Source: Ferruginibacter sp. (GTDB taxonomy: Bacteria > Bacteroidota > Bacteroidia > Chitinophagales > Chitinophagaceae). From it: a DNA stretch of 64,000 nt. The translations under genes and the position numbers were made by a program. The stretch spans positions 7,676-71,675 of the forward strand of contig JANOTH010000119.1 of assembly GCA_031416275.1 (NCBI GenBank), written 5' to 3'. Under the pieces are notes generated by a model, which worked only from the letters and a program-made list of their open reading frames with translations, was not told where the DNA came from and searched no databases. Shown piece after piece: positions 17,887 through 28,629 of this stretch (the first letter of the stretch is position 1; each line of letters begins with the position of its first letter).

Positions 17887-20800
17887 ATGACAAATACCAA
17901 AACCATATTAATAAAAAGCACTAAAGTAATATTGTGGATTTTTGTTGCTGTATGTATTTTGGCAATCGTTTTTTTCGGTTTCATAAACACAAATGCTGGA
18001 AAGAGAACTGTAAGAAACCAGGTCGTAAATTATCTGGAAAAAAAGCTTAAAACAAAAGTTGTCATTGGCTCTGTTGATTATACTTTACCCAAGTGGTTAA
18101 AAATAAAAAATGTTTATATAGAGGATCAGCAAAAAGATACCTTAATGTTTGGTGAAGAGCTGGCCGTTGACTTGGACATGGTAAAATTGTTACAGGGAAA
18201 CACAGATATAAAGAAAGTATTTCTAAAAAATATTATTATCAATGTTAAGAGAGCGGAGAAGGATACAAATTTTAATTACCAGTTTGTAGTAAATTCTTTT
18301 ACGGGCAATAAAGCCACCACAAAAAATAAGGATACCGCAGAACTAAAACTTACACTTAAGCAATTAATCTTTGACAGGGTGGGTGTAAAATTTGAAGATA
18401 AATATGCAGGAAGCAATTTTAATGCGTACATAAAAAACCTTGATTTAACCACCACTAAATTTCAACCCGACAGACTCAATTTTGGCATTGATAATTTAGC
18501 CGCAAGTGGGGTTAAATTTTACATGACAACGTACAAAGATGTTGAAACAGAAATAGACAATAAATTGCCTGTGGATACACTTACAAATTCGCCTTATAAA
18601 TTCCTTATTTCTGGCAGTCATGTAAGTTTAAAAAATATAGATGTTGAAATAAATAATAAGGTTTCGGGAATGTATTATGCAAACCGAATTGGTACACTTG
18701 CAGGCAACAGTATTTTTTATAGTATAGAACAATCTAAAGCACTTTCTGATAGTTTAATTTTAGACAGTGCAAATATTATTTTTACCGCAGCAAAGCAAAA
18801 GTTACCGGTACAAAAAAATATAAAAAGGGAAGTTTCTCCATGGGTGTATGCTGCCACTTATTTAAACATTACCAACAGCAATTTAAAATTCGATGATGTA
18901 AATAAACCTGCTGCGCCCGGTTTAGATTTTTCTCATCTTGATGCAAAAAATATTGTAGCGGGTATTGCTGGGTTTCGTTATTCAATCGACTCAACAAAAG
19001 CACTCGTATCTCAATTAGCCTTTAGCGATAAAAGTGGCTTTGCTCTAGATACTACCCATGTAAGGCTTATGTTTACTGATACACTTTTATCAGCCACTGA
19101 ACTATATGTGAAAACGCCTCAATCCCTCATTCAAAATTCTTTTCAACTTAAATACGATAGCGTTGCGGCAATAATTTCATCGCCACAAAATTCCTTAATA
19201 GCTGCCACTTTAAATAATTCGGTTGTTGCGTTTAACGATCTGTATTTATTAATGCCTTCCCTTAATACATCTTTACCAAAAGCACAGTTTAAAAACCAAT
19301 CATTAAATGTAAATACAGAGTTACGTGGTAATTTACAAAGACTGTATTTGCCTTATTTGCAGATAGTGGGTTTATCAGGTTCTAAAATTAGTGCTAACGG
19401 AACACTCTTTAATATTACTGATCCTTTACGATTTTCATTTGACCTAAACATTCTGCAGAGTAATATTTATAAAAAAGATTTATTAAGGTTTGTACCACCT
19501 GCAAACTGGGCGCAACTTGCATCGTTACCCAACCTAATAAATGTGCGAGGACGAATAGCAGGGAACAGAAATACAGTTGCCGCCAATGTAACTGCAACCG
19601 CCAAAGACCTTGCGTTTACAGGAAAAATAAATCTCTTTAACATTACCGATCCCCAAAATATAAAGTATGATTTAGCATTTACAAACATGGCTTTCAATAA
19701 ATCGCTCATTGAAGGCTTTATTCCTCCCGCAGCTTTAGCACAAATAAATTTGCCGCAACAAATTGCAGCAGCAGGAAAGTTTAGTGGCAACACTGAAAAT
19801 GTGGATATGGATTTAAAAGCCAGATCAAGTTATGGTCCGCTAACGGTGAAAGGATACATGAAAAATATTAAAAATCCTGACAGGGTAAACTATGATCTCT
19901 TTATTAACACTCCAGGTTTTGCCATTGGTAAATTAATTAAACAGGATTCTATTATTGGTAATGTTGCAGGTGCTTTTACAGCAAAAGGCACAGGGTTCGA
20001 TTACCTCACAATGGTTTCCTCCATAAAAGCAGATGTAGCTTCTCTGCAGTATAATAAATACAATTACCGCAATGCAAAAATTAATGCAGATTTTAATAAT
20101 GGCTTAATAAAAAGCATCGGCAAAATAAACGACAGCAGCCTGCAGTTAACGTATGATATTATCGCAAATGTGCGTGGCAAATATCCAACAGTAAAAGGCG
20201 ACATTGATGTGGATACCGCCATGCTCAATAAATTAAATCTTACAAAAGATACCATCAACTTTTCATTAAGGGCTTTGGTAGATGCGGTTAATCTTCAGCC
20301 TAGAAGTTTAGATGCAAGTTTATTGTTAGATAGTGTGAAGTTGCAAACCGGGCAAAAGTTTTTAAACATTGACAGCACTTCACTCATTGCATCGTCTTTA
20401 AACGGAATTGATTCAATCATTTTAAAAGCCCCCTTTGCAGATGTACACGCTGGCGGTACTTTTGATTATGATAAAATTGGAGAATCCCTCATGCGGTATG
20501 TAAATAATTATTACAAGATACCGGGCTATAAACCAACTGCAGAAAATATAGCCGAGCAGCAGTTTGCCATCAAAGGTTCTATAAAACAAAGTTCTGTTAT
20601 TACTACGCTGGTGCCCGGCCTTAACAATTATGAAGATTTTAATTTTACAGGTAGCTACACATCAGCAGATAGAGACAGTGCTTTAAATTTTAATACGGCG
20701 GTTAAAAATGTATCGTACACCAGCAACAACATTGCAAATGCTATATTAAATATTAATGCTAAAAACGAAAGAATAAATTATGAAGCCAGCTTTGATACGT

Positions 20801-23130
20801 TAAGAACTGTAAGCAATACTTTATATGGAACAAGGTTAAATGGTGCTGCTGCAAAAGATAGCCTTTCCTTAAATGTGGTAACAAAGGATAATGCAAATAG
20901 AGATTGGTTTGGTTTATCAGGAACTGCATTTGTGAAAGATGAAAATTATACTCTTCGTATGAAGGATAGTCTTATCCTTAATTATGAAAAATGGCGGGTG
21001 GCTCCTGATAATTATATTGCTTACGGGCCTGTAGGCATTGTTATAAACAATTTTGTAATAAGCAGCGATACCGCAAAAATTGATATCAGAAGTAAGCAGT
21101 TAATTGGCGATAGCCCGATAGATATTTCGATTGACAACTTTAATCTAAAAAGCATCAGCTCGATTGTAAATAAGGATACCGTTTTGCTTGCAGGCATTTT
21201 AGATATGCAGGCAACGGTAAGCGATTTACAAAAAGCGCTTCCGTCTTTTACAGGTAATGCATCAATAACTGATGTAGCCTTTATGCAATATCCACTTGGT
21301 ACTATTACAGCAAGTGCACAAAAGCAATCTGAAAATAATATTAGTGCAACCGTAAATTTATTAGGTGCAAACAATGATATAACTGCATCGGGTAATTATT
21401 ATTTAAACAGTACAACAGATCAGTTTGATGCAGACCTCCAAGTGAAAGCGTTAAGTTTTAAAACTCTGGAAGCTTTTTCTGCAAACCAATTAATAAACAG
21501 CCGGGGGAATATTTCTGGCAATTTAAAATTGAATGGTCAATTTGCCAATCCGCAATATAACGGTCAGCTAAATTTTGATACCGTTAAATTTTCTTTGGCA
21601 AAATTGGGGACACCTTATTTCATTGATAAGCAAAAAATAGTTTTCAATTACCCACAAATACAATTTCCTACATTTAATGTAACCGACTCTTTAAATAACG
21701 TGTTGAAGATTAATGGCGATGTAACATCTCGAAGTGTTACAGATTATGATTTAAATATAGATTTTAATGCAAATGATTTTGTACTATTAAACGCACCCAA
21801 AACACTCAACAATGAATTGTATGGTTTTGCATCGGTGGATGTAGATGTATCAGTAAAAGGCTCATCTGCAAGACCGGTAATTGATGGCGATATTTTATTA
21901 AATGATAAGAGTGATGTAAAAATAGTTTTGCCTCAAACAACTTATGAAAAGACGGACGGTAAAACCATTGTTCGTTTTGTAGATGTAGACACTTTTAGAA
22001 TAGACCCACCACAGGAAGGTTTTGAGCCTGCAGTAAAACCTGTTTCTGAATTTGCACAGTTTTTAAATTATAACCTCAATATAGAACTTACAAAAGAGGC
22101 AGCACTTACCATTTTGGTAGATCCATCAACAGGCGACGAAATAAAAGTGCAGGGAGATGCAAGATTAAATGCGGGTGTTGACCCCGGCGGAAACCTTGTA
22201 TTAGCGGGCGTTTATGAACTTGATAAAGGTTATTATGATCTAAATTACAACATACTGAACCGTAAGTTTAATCTAATAAGAGGAAGTACCATCACCTTTG
22301 CGGGTGCGCCCATAAATGCGGTTGCAAATATTACCGCAGAGTACATTGCACTTACCTCTTCCAAAGAATTGCTAAGCAACGAGGTCACTGATGTGTCGCC
22401 AACATTATCTAATTCATTCAACCAAAAACTACCATTTAGAGTAGTACTTTACTTAACTGGCCCGCTTACCAAACCCAACATTAATTTTGATATTCAATTA
22501 CCTGAAGAAAGTAATTTTTTGAACGGTGACTTAAGAACAACCATTGAAAATAAATTATTGCAAATAAGAAGTGATCCGGCATCTATCAACAAACAGGTTT
22601 TTTCATTGTTATTGTTTAACCGTTTTGTAAGTGAACAAAGCAGTGATTTCTTTAAAGGTAATGGTGGTGACTTTAATGACTTGGCACGCCAAAGTGTGAG
22701 TCAGTTTTTATCATCTGCATTAAATGAAATAGCTGGCGATATTTTTAAGGGAATTGATATTGATCTCAACTTAAATTCTTACAACGATTTTTCAAATGGT
22801 GGCAATACACAGCGTACAGATTTGAACCTTGCGGTGAGTAAATCTTTTGCCAACGACAGGCTTGTAATAAGTGTTGGTAAAAACTTTGGTATTGAAGGGC
22901 AAGATGCCGCTGCAAAATCTGCGGGAGCAAACACAGGCTTTAAGCCAGATATTACTTTGGCATATAAACTTACAACGGACGGTAAATATTTAATTAGAGC
23001 ATACACAAAAAACCAGTTTGAAGTAACGCTTGATGGGTATGTGGTGGAAACAGGATTATCGTTTGTTGTAACGCTCGACTACGATAAATTTAATGAACTC
23101 TTTAGGCGCAAGAAAAAAGTAACCAATTAA
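17887..23130 (+). CDS. tamB: Translocation and assembly module TamB-like (AsmA/DUF490) protein
   Basis: 1747 aa; N-terminal TM anchor, long beta-taco-like body, C-terminal DUF490-like region (VDPSTGDEIKVQG...QVFSLLLFNRF...ETGLSF). Confidence 0.88.
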   Translation: MTNTKTILIKSTKVILWIFVAVCILAIVFFGFINTNAGKRTVRNQVVNYLEKKLKTKVVIGSVDYTLPKWLKIKNVYIEDQQKDTLMFGEELAVDLDMVKLLQGNTDIKKVFLKNIIINVKRAEKDTNFNYQFVVNSFTGNKATTKNKDTAELKLTLKQLIFDRVGVKFEDKYAGSNFNAYIKNLDLTTTKFQPDRLNFGIDNLAASGVKFYMTTYKDVETEIDNKLPVDTLTNSPYKFLISGSHVSLKNIDVEINNKVSGMYYANRIGTLAGNSIFYSIEQSKALSDSLILDSANIIFTAAKQKLPVQKNIKREVSPWVYAATYLNITNSNLKFDDVNKPAAPGLDFSHLDAKNIVAGIAGFRYSIDSTKALVSQLAFSDKSGFALDTTHVRLMFTDTLLSATELYVKTPQSLIQNSFQLKYDSVAAIISSPQNSLIAATLNNSVVAFNDLYLLMPSLNTSLPKAQFKNQSLNVNTELRGNLQRLYLPYLQIVGLSGSKISANGTLFNITDPLRFSFDLNILQSNIYKKDLLRFVPPANWAQLASLPNLINVRGRIAGNRNTVAANVTATAKDLAFTGKINLFNITDPQNIKYDLAFTNMAFNKSLIEGFIPPAALAQINLPQQIAAAGKFSGNTENVDMDLKARSSYGPLTVKGYMKNIKNPDRVNYDLFINTPGFAIGKLIKQDSIIGNVAGAFTAKGTGFDYLTMVSSIKADVASLQYNKYNYRNAKINADFNNGLIKSIGKINDSSLQLTYDIIANVRGKYPTVKGDIDVDTAMLNKLNLTKDTINFSLRALVDAVNLQPRSLDASLLLDSVKLQTGQKFLNIDSTSLIASSLNGIDSIILKAPFADVHAGGTFDYDKIGESLMRYVNNYYKIPGYKPTAENIAEQQFAIKGSIKQSSVITTLVPGLNNYEDFNFTGSYTSADRDSALNFNTAVKNVSYTSNNIANAILNINAKNERINYEASFDTLRTVSNTLYGTRLNGAAAKDSLSLNVVTKDNANRDWFGLSGTAFVKDENYTLRMKDSLILNYEKWRVAPDNYIAYGPVGIVINNFVISSDTAKIDIRSKQLIGDSPIDISIDNFNLKSISSIVNKDTVLLAGILDMQATVSDLQKALPSFTGNASITDVAFMQYPLGTITASAQKQSENNISATVNLLGANNDITASGNYYLNSTTDQFDADLQVKALSFKTLEAFSANQLINSRGNISGNLKLNGQFANPQYNGQLNFDTVKFSLAKLGTPYFIDKQKIVFNYPQIQFPTFNVTDSLNNVLKINGDVTSRSVTDYDLNIDFNANDFVLLNAPKTLNNELYGFASVDVDVSVKGSSARPVIDGDILLNDKSDVKIVLPQTTYEKTDGKTIVRFVDVDTFRIDPPQEGFEPAVKPVSEFAQFLNYNLNIELTKEAALTILVDPSTGDEIKVQGDARLNAGVDPGGNLVLAGVYELDKGYYDLNYNILNRKFNLIRGSTITFAGAPINAVANITAEYIALTSSKELLSNEVTDVSPTLSNSFNQKLPFRVVLYLTGPLTKPNINFDIQLPEESNFLNGDLRTTIENKLLQIRSDPASINKQVFSLLLFNRFVSEQSSDFFKGNGGDFNDLARQSVSQFLSSALNEIAGDIFKGIDIDLNLNSYNDFSNGGNTQRTDLNLAVSKSFANDRLVISVGKNFGIEGQDAAAKSAGANTGFKPDITLAYKLTTDGKYLIRAYTKNQFEVTLDGYVVETGLSFVVTLDYDKFNELFRRKKKVTN

Positions 23131-25436
23131 TGAGGAAGATTATTTTTATATCAACTGTTCTATTAATCTTCATTGCATCATCGTGTAGTGTGCAAAAACA
23201 TCTGCCACCCGGTGAGCGATTGTACAAAAAAGCAACTGTAAAAGTTGACAAGAATAAGGAGACAACTACCACAGCCAGGTCCTTAAGAAAAACAATTGCT
23301 TTGGCAGCTTCGCCAAGACCAAACAAGTTTTTACTTGGACAGCCTTATAAAGTTTGGTTTTATTACAAAATTGGTGAGCCAAAAAGAGAGAAGGGTTTAA
23401 AGGCTTTTTTGCGTAACAGGTTAGGTGAACCTCCGGTTTTAAGCAGCAGGGTAAATGCAAAAGCTACTGCAGAAAATATGGCCTCGCTGATGGAAAACCT
23501 TGGCTACTTTCATACAACCGTACAGGGCGATACGGTACACACCGGCTCTTATTTTGTAAAAGCAAATTATACCGCACAGGTACAACCTCAGTACAAAATA
23601 GATTCTATAAAATGGGTGGGCGATACAACGTTGCCGCTGCAAAAATTACTTAAAAGAAATGCTACCCGAGCCGGACTTTTAAAAACAGGTAGCCCTTACC
23701 GCTTAAGCGATATAACAGCAGAGCGTGACAGATTAGACCTATTTGTAAAAACTCGAGGATATTACTTTTTTAATCCAGATTACTTGATGGCTTATGTTGA
23801 TAGCACAGTAGGTGGCAGAAAAGTAAACATGTATTTAAACTTAAAAAAAATTACGCCTGAAGATGCTAAACATCCATACAAAATAAACAGCATCACCGTT
23901 TTTCCAAATTACTCGCTTACATCGCCTGACCTTGATACCTCTAAACGTGGCGTTGAAATATTTGATGGAATAAGAATTAAGGATACGATAAAGAACTTTA
24001 AAAAACAGTTGTTTGCACAAACTGTTACCTATCGCCCAGGCAGTATTTACAACAGTCGCCAGCAGAATACTACCCTCAATAGGTTTATTAATTTAGGTGC
24101 TTTTAAATTTGTAAAAAATAGGTTTGAGGCAATAAAGATTGCAGAGGTAAACGACACTGCGCATTTAATGAATGTGTATTATTATTTAACCCCGGCAAAA
24201 CAAAAATCGATACAGGCACAGGTGGATGGTTTTACAAAAGAGAATAATTTTTTAGGAACCCAGTTTAGTTTAAACTGGCGAAACAGAAATGCATTTAAAG
24301 GCGCTGAACAACTTGCAGTAAAAACGTATGCGGGTATTGAAACAACCTCAGGAGATTCTGTAAAAAACAATAACTACAGACTTGGTGCGGAAATAACATT
24401 AAAAATACCGAGGTATGCCATTCCCTTTTTTAAAATAAAAGAAAACTTATTTTACCCGCCTAATACAAGTTTATTGTTGGGGTACGAAGTGTTTAAAAAA
24501 GATATTTTCTACCTTAAAAATCTGTTTCGTTTTCAGTACGAATTTACCTGGAAGCCCAACATACAAACTCAATATACTGTCGCACCGGTTTCGTTAAGTT
24601 ATCTGCAGGCATCCAACATTACTGATTCATTTCAAAAGCAGATCGCAGCAAGTCCATCCTTATTATTGTCTGTTTATTCCGAAGCTATACTCGGCACTTC
24701 TGCATCGTACACGTACAACTCTGCACTTAGGCGTTCAAAAAATAAAATCTATTTTAATACAGGTATTGAACTGTCAGGTAATATTGCAGGGTTGATTACC
24801 GGCGCAAAAGACTTTCGTTCAAAAAATGTTTTTGGAGTGCCTTTTGCGCAATATGCAAAGCTGGATTTTGATTACCATTTTACCCGTAAGCTTACCAACA
24901 AATTTGATTGGGCCAACAGACTGCAGCTTGGCATCGGGCTACCTTACAACAACTCTAGGTTATTACCTTTTAATAAATTGTATACTATTGGTGGCTCTAG
25001 TTCTATAAGAGGGTTTAGAACAAGAACATTGGGACCGGGAACATATAAACCAACACCTGGTGACCAACGCTTTTTTCAAATAATTGGTGGCGATTATAAA
25101 TTGCTTTTCAATACAGAATTGCGTATTCCATTTACACCACAAATAAGCGGTGCCGTATTTGTTGATGCCGGTAATGTTTGGACAAAAGACACATTACTTT
25201 TTGGGGCGCAGGGAAAATTATCGCCACAATTTTTGAAAGAACTTGCTGTGGCTTCTGGCTTTGGAATTAGGTTTGACGCTACCGTATTGTTGATACGTGC
25301 AGACTTAGGTATACCTGTAAGAAAACCTTATTTACCTGACGGAGAAAGATGGGTCTTTGATCAAATTGACTTTGGTTCGAGATTATGGCGGAGAGAAAAT
25401 TTGATTTTAAATATCGCTATAGGACTCCCTTTTTAA
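23130..25436 (+). CDS. Omp85-family TamA/TamL-like outer membrane lipoprotein
   Basis: 768 aa, start overlaps the tamB stop; lipobox IASSC; POTRA-like region (GEPPVL...ENLGYF); GGSSSIRGF (VRGF motif), FVDAGNVW, RADLG; terminal Phe (GLPF). Confidence 0.9.
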   Translation: MRKIIFISTVLLIFIASSCSVQKHLPPGERLYKKATVKVDKNKETTTTARSLRKTIALAASPRPNKFLLGQPYKVWFYYKIGEPKREKGLKAFLRNRLGEPPVLSSRVNAKATAENMASLMENLGYFHTTVQGDTVHTGSYFVKANYTAQVQPQYKIDSIKWVGDTTLPLQKLLKRNATRAGLLKTGSPYRLSDITAERDRLDLFVKTRGYYFFNPDYLMAYVDSTVGGRKVNMYLNLKKITPEDAKHPYKINSITVFPNYSLTSPDLDTSKRGVEIFDGIRIKDTIKNFKKQLFAQTVTYRPGSIYNSRQQNTTLNRFINLGAFKFVKNRFEAIKIAEVNDTAHLMNVYYYLTPAKQKSIQAQVDGFTKENNFLGTQFSLNWRNRNAFKGAEQLAVKTYAGIETTSGDSVKNNNYRLGAEITLKIPRYAIPFFKIKENLFYPPNTSLLLGYEVFKKDIFYLKNLFRFQYEFTWKPNIQTQYTVAPVSLSYLQASNITDSFQKQIAASPSLLLSVYSEAILGTSASYTYNSALRRSKNKIYFNTGIELSGNIAGLITGAKDFRSKNVFGVPFAQYAKLDFDYHFTRKLTNKFDWANRLQLGIGLPYNNSRLLPFNKLYTIGGSSSIRGFRTRTLGPGTYKPTPGDQRFFQIIGGDYKLLFNTELRIPFTPQISGAVFVDAGNVWTKDTLLFGAQGKLSPQFLKELAVASGFGIRFDATVLLIRADLGIPVRKPYLPDGERWVFDQIDFGSRLWRRENLILNIAIGLPF

Positions 25437-25472
25437 AATGATTCTTTCATACAATATTTTAATATTAGTTAA

Positions 25473-27590
25473 TTGAAAAAAAATTACGGCAAACCTATTG
25501 GGATAGCGCTAATAGTTATTGTTATTGGCCCAATAATCTGGTGGCAGTTTAATAAAAAATCTATTGTAAAAAATGAAATTTCTAAAGCTGTCTCTAAGGG
25601 TACAGACAGTACTTATTATATACATTACGACAGCAGCAAAATAGATGCGCTTGCAGGCAATGCTAGTTTTTACAATATCGTTTTACAGTCAGATTCTTTA
25701 CAACAAGAATTATATACGGATGATACATCCGGCTATCCAAAAACAATTTTTAATGTGCGGATAGAAAAATTGGCAATTGTAGGTGCAGATATTCCATCAT
25801 TTTTACAAAAAAATAAAATAGAAGCAAATAGTATTGAACTTATTCGCCCCGTAATTACGATCATCAACACAGGCAAAGATGAACCGGTAAAATTTACCGC
25901 TGCAGATTCGCTTGCACTTTATGAAAAAATCACAGGAAAATTTAAGAGTATACAGGCGAAAGAAATTAAAATTATAGATGGAACTATTGCTTTTGCAAAA
26001 GGCAAAAAAAGCCCCCATACAAATATGCAAGGGGTAAATGTTACGCTGCAAAACTTAAAAATAGACAGTACCAGAAACTACGATAATATTATAAGCTATT
26101 TTATAAAAGATATTGTTGTACAAGTAAAAAGCATCACCACAAAAAATGAAAAATCAAAACAGAATTTTGTCTTTGAAACGGTGGAATACAATGCACCGAA
26201 AAGATTTGTAAGCGTACAAAAATTTTTACAAAAAGATGAACGCTCAGATAAGACCATGATGGCGTTGGCAAATACAAGAGTAATAGGTTTATCAACCAAT
26301 GCTTTTATATTAAACAAAAAATTAAAGGCAGATTCTATTGTTACCGCTGGTGGCGATATAACCGTTTACAAAACAGCTAAAAAAACTGGCGGTAGTGAAA
26401 CTATAGAGATTGACAATAACTTTTTTGATGAGGCCATTGTAAAAAATATACGTATAGGAAATACAACGCTTACTGTTTTAAACAAGGCAAATGCTAATGA
26501 AAAACCATTGGTATTAAAGAATGTATTGTTCAACGCTGCTGATATAGATAGCGTTTACAATGGTACAGATATGATGGAACTGCTTGCAAAAAGCAAATGG
26601 AATTTTAAAGCGGATGGTATTTCTTTTCTTTCCAAAGACAAAATTTATAATATACAAATTGGTCCTTTTGAGCTTGATAAAATAGAGCAGTCCATCAAAA
26701 TAAATAGCGCTAACGTTACGCCTACAATGTCAGAAGCGGCGTTTGTAAAATCTTTAAAATTTCAAAAAGACCTGTTTAATGTTCAGCTTAAAAAAATTTA
26801 TTTTACAGGGGTTGATTTAAAAAGTTTATTAGATAAAAAAATGTTGATTGCCGATGCACTTGTGTTAGAGCCTGTAATAAAAGTATTTAATGATAAAACT
26901 GTAACTCCAGATACTGCAAATAAAGTTGGTAAGTTTCCTTTTCAGTCAATGATGACTATGCCCACGCAATTTTATATTAAAAATGTAAAGGTAAAAAGCG
27001 GTTACATTTCTTATAGAGAGCGTGGTGCCATATCTAAAGACATTGGCGATGTGTTTTTTAGTAATGTAAATGGCGGTATTAATAACATTACTAACATGGC
27101 AAGTTATTTAAAGCAACAGGCATTGATGGAAGTAAACGTTACTACAACATTTTTAAATATGGCAGCTGTAAAATCTAATTGGAAAATACCGCTGAATGCC
27201 AATGATGGTGCATTTACAATTGTAGGAAATGTGGGTGGTTTTAATGGTACTAAGCTTAACCCGATTATTGAACCATTGGGTATGGGTTTTATAAAAAGCG
27301 GTACCATAAAGCGTTTTAATTTTAACTTAAAGGGAAATGATTTAAAAGCCGTTGGTGATGCGGTAATGTTGTACAATGACCTTAAAATAAAATTGCTGAA
27401 GAGTAGGGACGAAGAAATGAAAAATAAGAAGCTAACAAGTTTTGTAGCCAATATCATTATTAAAGATCAAAACCCATCTAACGGAAAAACCCGAACAGGT
27501 AAAATTGATTTTAATCGAGTGGAAACTAAATCATTTTTTAATTTGGTATGGAAAAGCATATTTGATGGTGCAAAAAATTCTACCAGGTAA
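25473..27590 (+). CDS. AsmA-like / repeating beta-groove hypothetical protein
   Basis: 705 aa, TTG start; single N-terminal TM; beta-rich; C-terminal KSFFNLVWKSIFDG. Confidence 0.75.
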   Translation: MKKNYGKPIGIALIVIVIGPIIWWQFNKKSIVKNEISKAVSKGTDSTYYIHYDSSKIDALAGNASFYNIVLQSDSLQQELYTDDTSGYPKTIFNVRIEKLAIVGADIPSFLQKNKIEANSIELIRPVITIINTGKDEPVKFTAADSLALYEKITGKFKSIQAKEIKIIDGTIAFAKGKKSPHTNMQGVNVTLQNLKIDSTRNYDNIISYFIKDIVVQVKSITTKNEKSKQNFVFETVEYNAPKRFVSVQKFLQKDERSDKTMMALANTRVIGLSTNAFILNKKLKADSIVTAGGDITVYKTAKKTGGSETIEIDNNFFDEAIVKNIRIGNTTLTVLNKANANEKPLVLKNVLFNAADIDSVYNGTDMMELLAKSKWNFKADGISFLSKDKIYNIQIGPFELDKIEQSIKINSANVTPTMSEAAFVKSLKFQKDLFNVQLKKIYFTGVDLKSLLDKKMLIADALVLEPVIKVFNDKTVTPDTANKVGKFPFQSMMTMPTQFYIKNVKVKSGYISYRERGAISKDIGDVFFSNVNGGINNITNMASYLKQQALMEVNVTTTFLNMAAVKSNWKIPLNANDGAFTIVGNVGGFNGTKLNPIIEPLGMGFIKSGTIKRFNFNLKGNDLKAVGDAVMLYNDLKIKLLKSRDEEMKNKKLTSFVANIIIKDQNPSNGKTRTGKIDFNRVETKSFFNLVWKSIFDGAKNSTR

Positions 27591-27597
27591 ATGGGCA

Positions 27598-27620
27598 TAA
27601 AAAAAGGCGAATTATCGCCT
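27598..27620 (-). terminator. Probable terminator for the convergent ytxH operon
   Basis: AGGCGA-ATTA-TCGCCT hairpin with an A-run on the plus strand (T-run on minus). Confidence 0.55.
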
Positions 27621-27630
27621 GTATCTTTAG

Positions 27631-27798
27631 TTATTTCTTTTCAGTGTCACTGTTGTTTGCAAGCCCCTCTTTAAAACTCCTTTCTTTTTCATCATCGGCT
27701 TTTGCAAGTTCAAAATTTTCTTCTGCAATATCTTCAATAGTTTTAACTAATGGGACGTCGCTTTTTAAAATAGGCTTATCATCTTTAGTATTTTCCAT
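27631..27798 (-). CDS. Small hydrophilic protein, 55 aa (not in the ORF track)
   Basis: MENTKDDKPILKSDVPLVKTIEDIAEENFELAKADDEKERSFKEGLANNSDTEKK*; start overlaps the 3' end of the upstream gene by 14 nt and the stop lies just before the terminator. Confidence 0.65.
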   Translation of the reverse strand: MENTKDDKPILKSDVPLVKTIEDIAEENFELAKADDEKERSFKEGLANNSDTEKK

Positions 27799-28210
27799 TT
27801 TGCCTGTTGTCTTTTAGGTTGTTGTGCGGAGTTTCTTTTTTTGTAAATAGGTTTTTGTAAATAGATATTCCCCATGCAGCAATTTTATCTGTGTTGTTAA
27901 ACACGGTGGTTGTAGCACCAAGTTTAAGTGCATTAGACGCAAGTTTGCCAACCAATGAGGTTGCCATGCCGCCCGGCAATAAGTTTTTTGCTAAAAGCCC
28001 AGCACCAATTCCTCCAGCTGCCTTCAAAATAGTGTGCGCTGTTTCACCGGGTTCCAACATACCCGAAAATGCAGATTTAATTAAGTTCTTTGGTCTGTAA
28101 TGGTCAATAGTGTCATTGTATTGCTTTTTCAAAATAACTTCCTGTATAAGTCTCTTTTCTTCTAAAGCTTTAATAGCCGCATTGAGATCAATAGCATTAT
28201 TAATTTCCAT
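27785..28210 (-). CDS. Hypothetical protein of the ytxH operon
   Basis: 141 aa; coiled-coil N-terminus, Gly-rich hydrophobic segment AAGGIGAGLLAK; 4 nt from the upstream gene. Confidence 0.8.
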   Translation of the reverse strand: MEINNAIDLNAAIKALEEKRLIQEVILKKQYNDTIDHYRPKNLIKSAFSGMLEPGETAHTILKAAGGIGAGLLAKNLLPGGMATSLVGKLASNALKLGATTTVFNNTDKIAAWGISIYKNLFTKKETPHNNLKDNRQNGKY

Positions 28211-28214
28211 GATA

Positions 28215-28574
28215 TTAATCGTTTATTTTTTTAATGATGGAATCTGCAATAGGTGAACTCAAAATCTTTTTTCTGTTGCTGTAAACAATAATCCCGACGA
28301 TAAGGTAAAGTGCTGAAAGTGCAAAAAACCCATAGTAAGAACTACCTAAAATGCTACCGAGCCAAAGCCCAATTCCAATATTTAAGAAAATAAAAAAAGA
28401 AGAAAAAACAATTACGATGATCGTGTTTGATATTAAGGAAGATCCAACTTCAGCCGTTTTTTTTATTGCTTTTAAACGGAATAAATCAGCCCTCGTTTCA
28501 ACATAATCCTTTGTCTTTTCAAAAAGCGCATCAATTACGCCTTCTCTTTCATTGCTATGGTTTTCTTGTAACAT
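28215..28574 (-). CDS. Two-TM membrane protein of the 'phage holin family' (YqjE-like) type
   Basis: 119 aa; KDYVETRADLFRLKA followed by two TM helices (LGSSYYGFFALSALYL). Confidence 0.8.
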   Translation of the reverse strand: MLQENHSNEREGVIDALFEKTKDYVETRADLFRLKAIKKTAEVGSSLISNTIIVIVFSSFFIFLNIGIGLWLGSILGSSYYGFFALSALYLIVGIIVYSNRKKILSSPIADSIIKKIND

Positions 28575-28629
28575 ACTTTATAATTATCGCCGGGAAAAAA
28601 CTGTTTACTTAATTTACAAAAAACAAAAA

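Noticed and set aside
28215-28574. Prophage lysis module suggested by the holin-like family name
   Set aside because: No endolysin, integrase, terminase or structural genes; the context is a stress operon.
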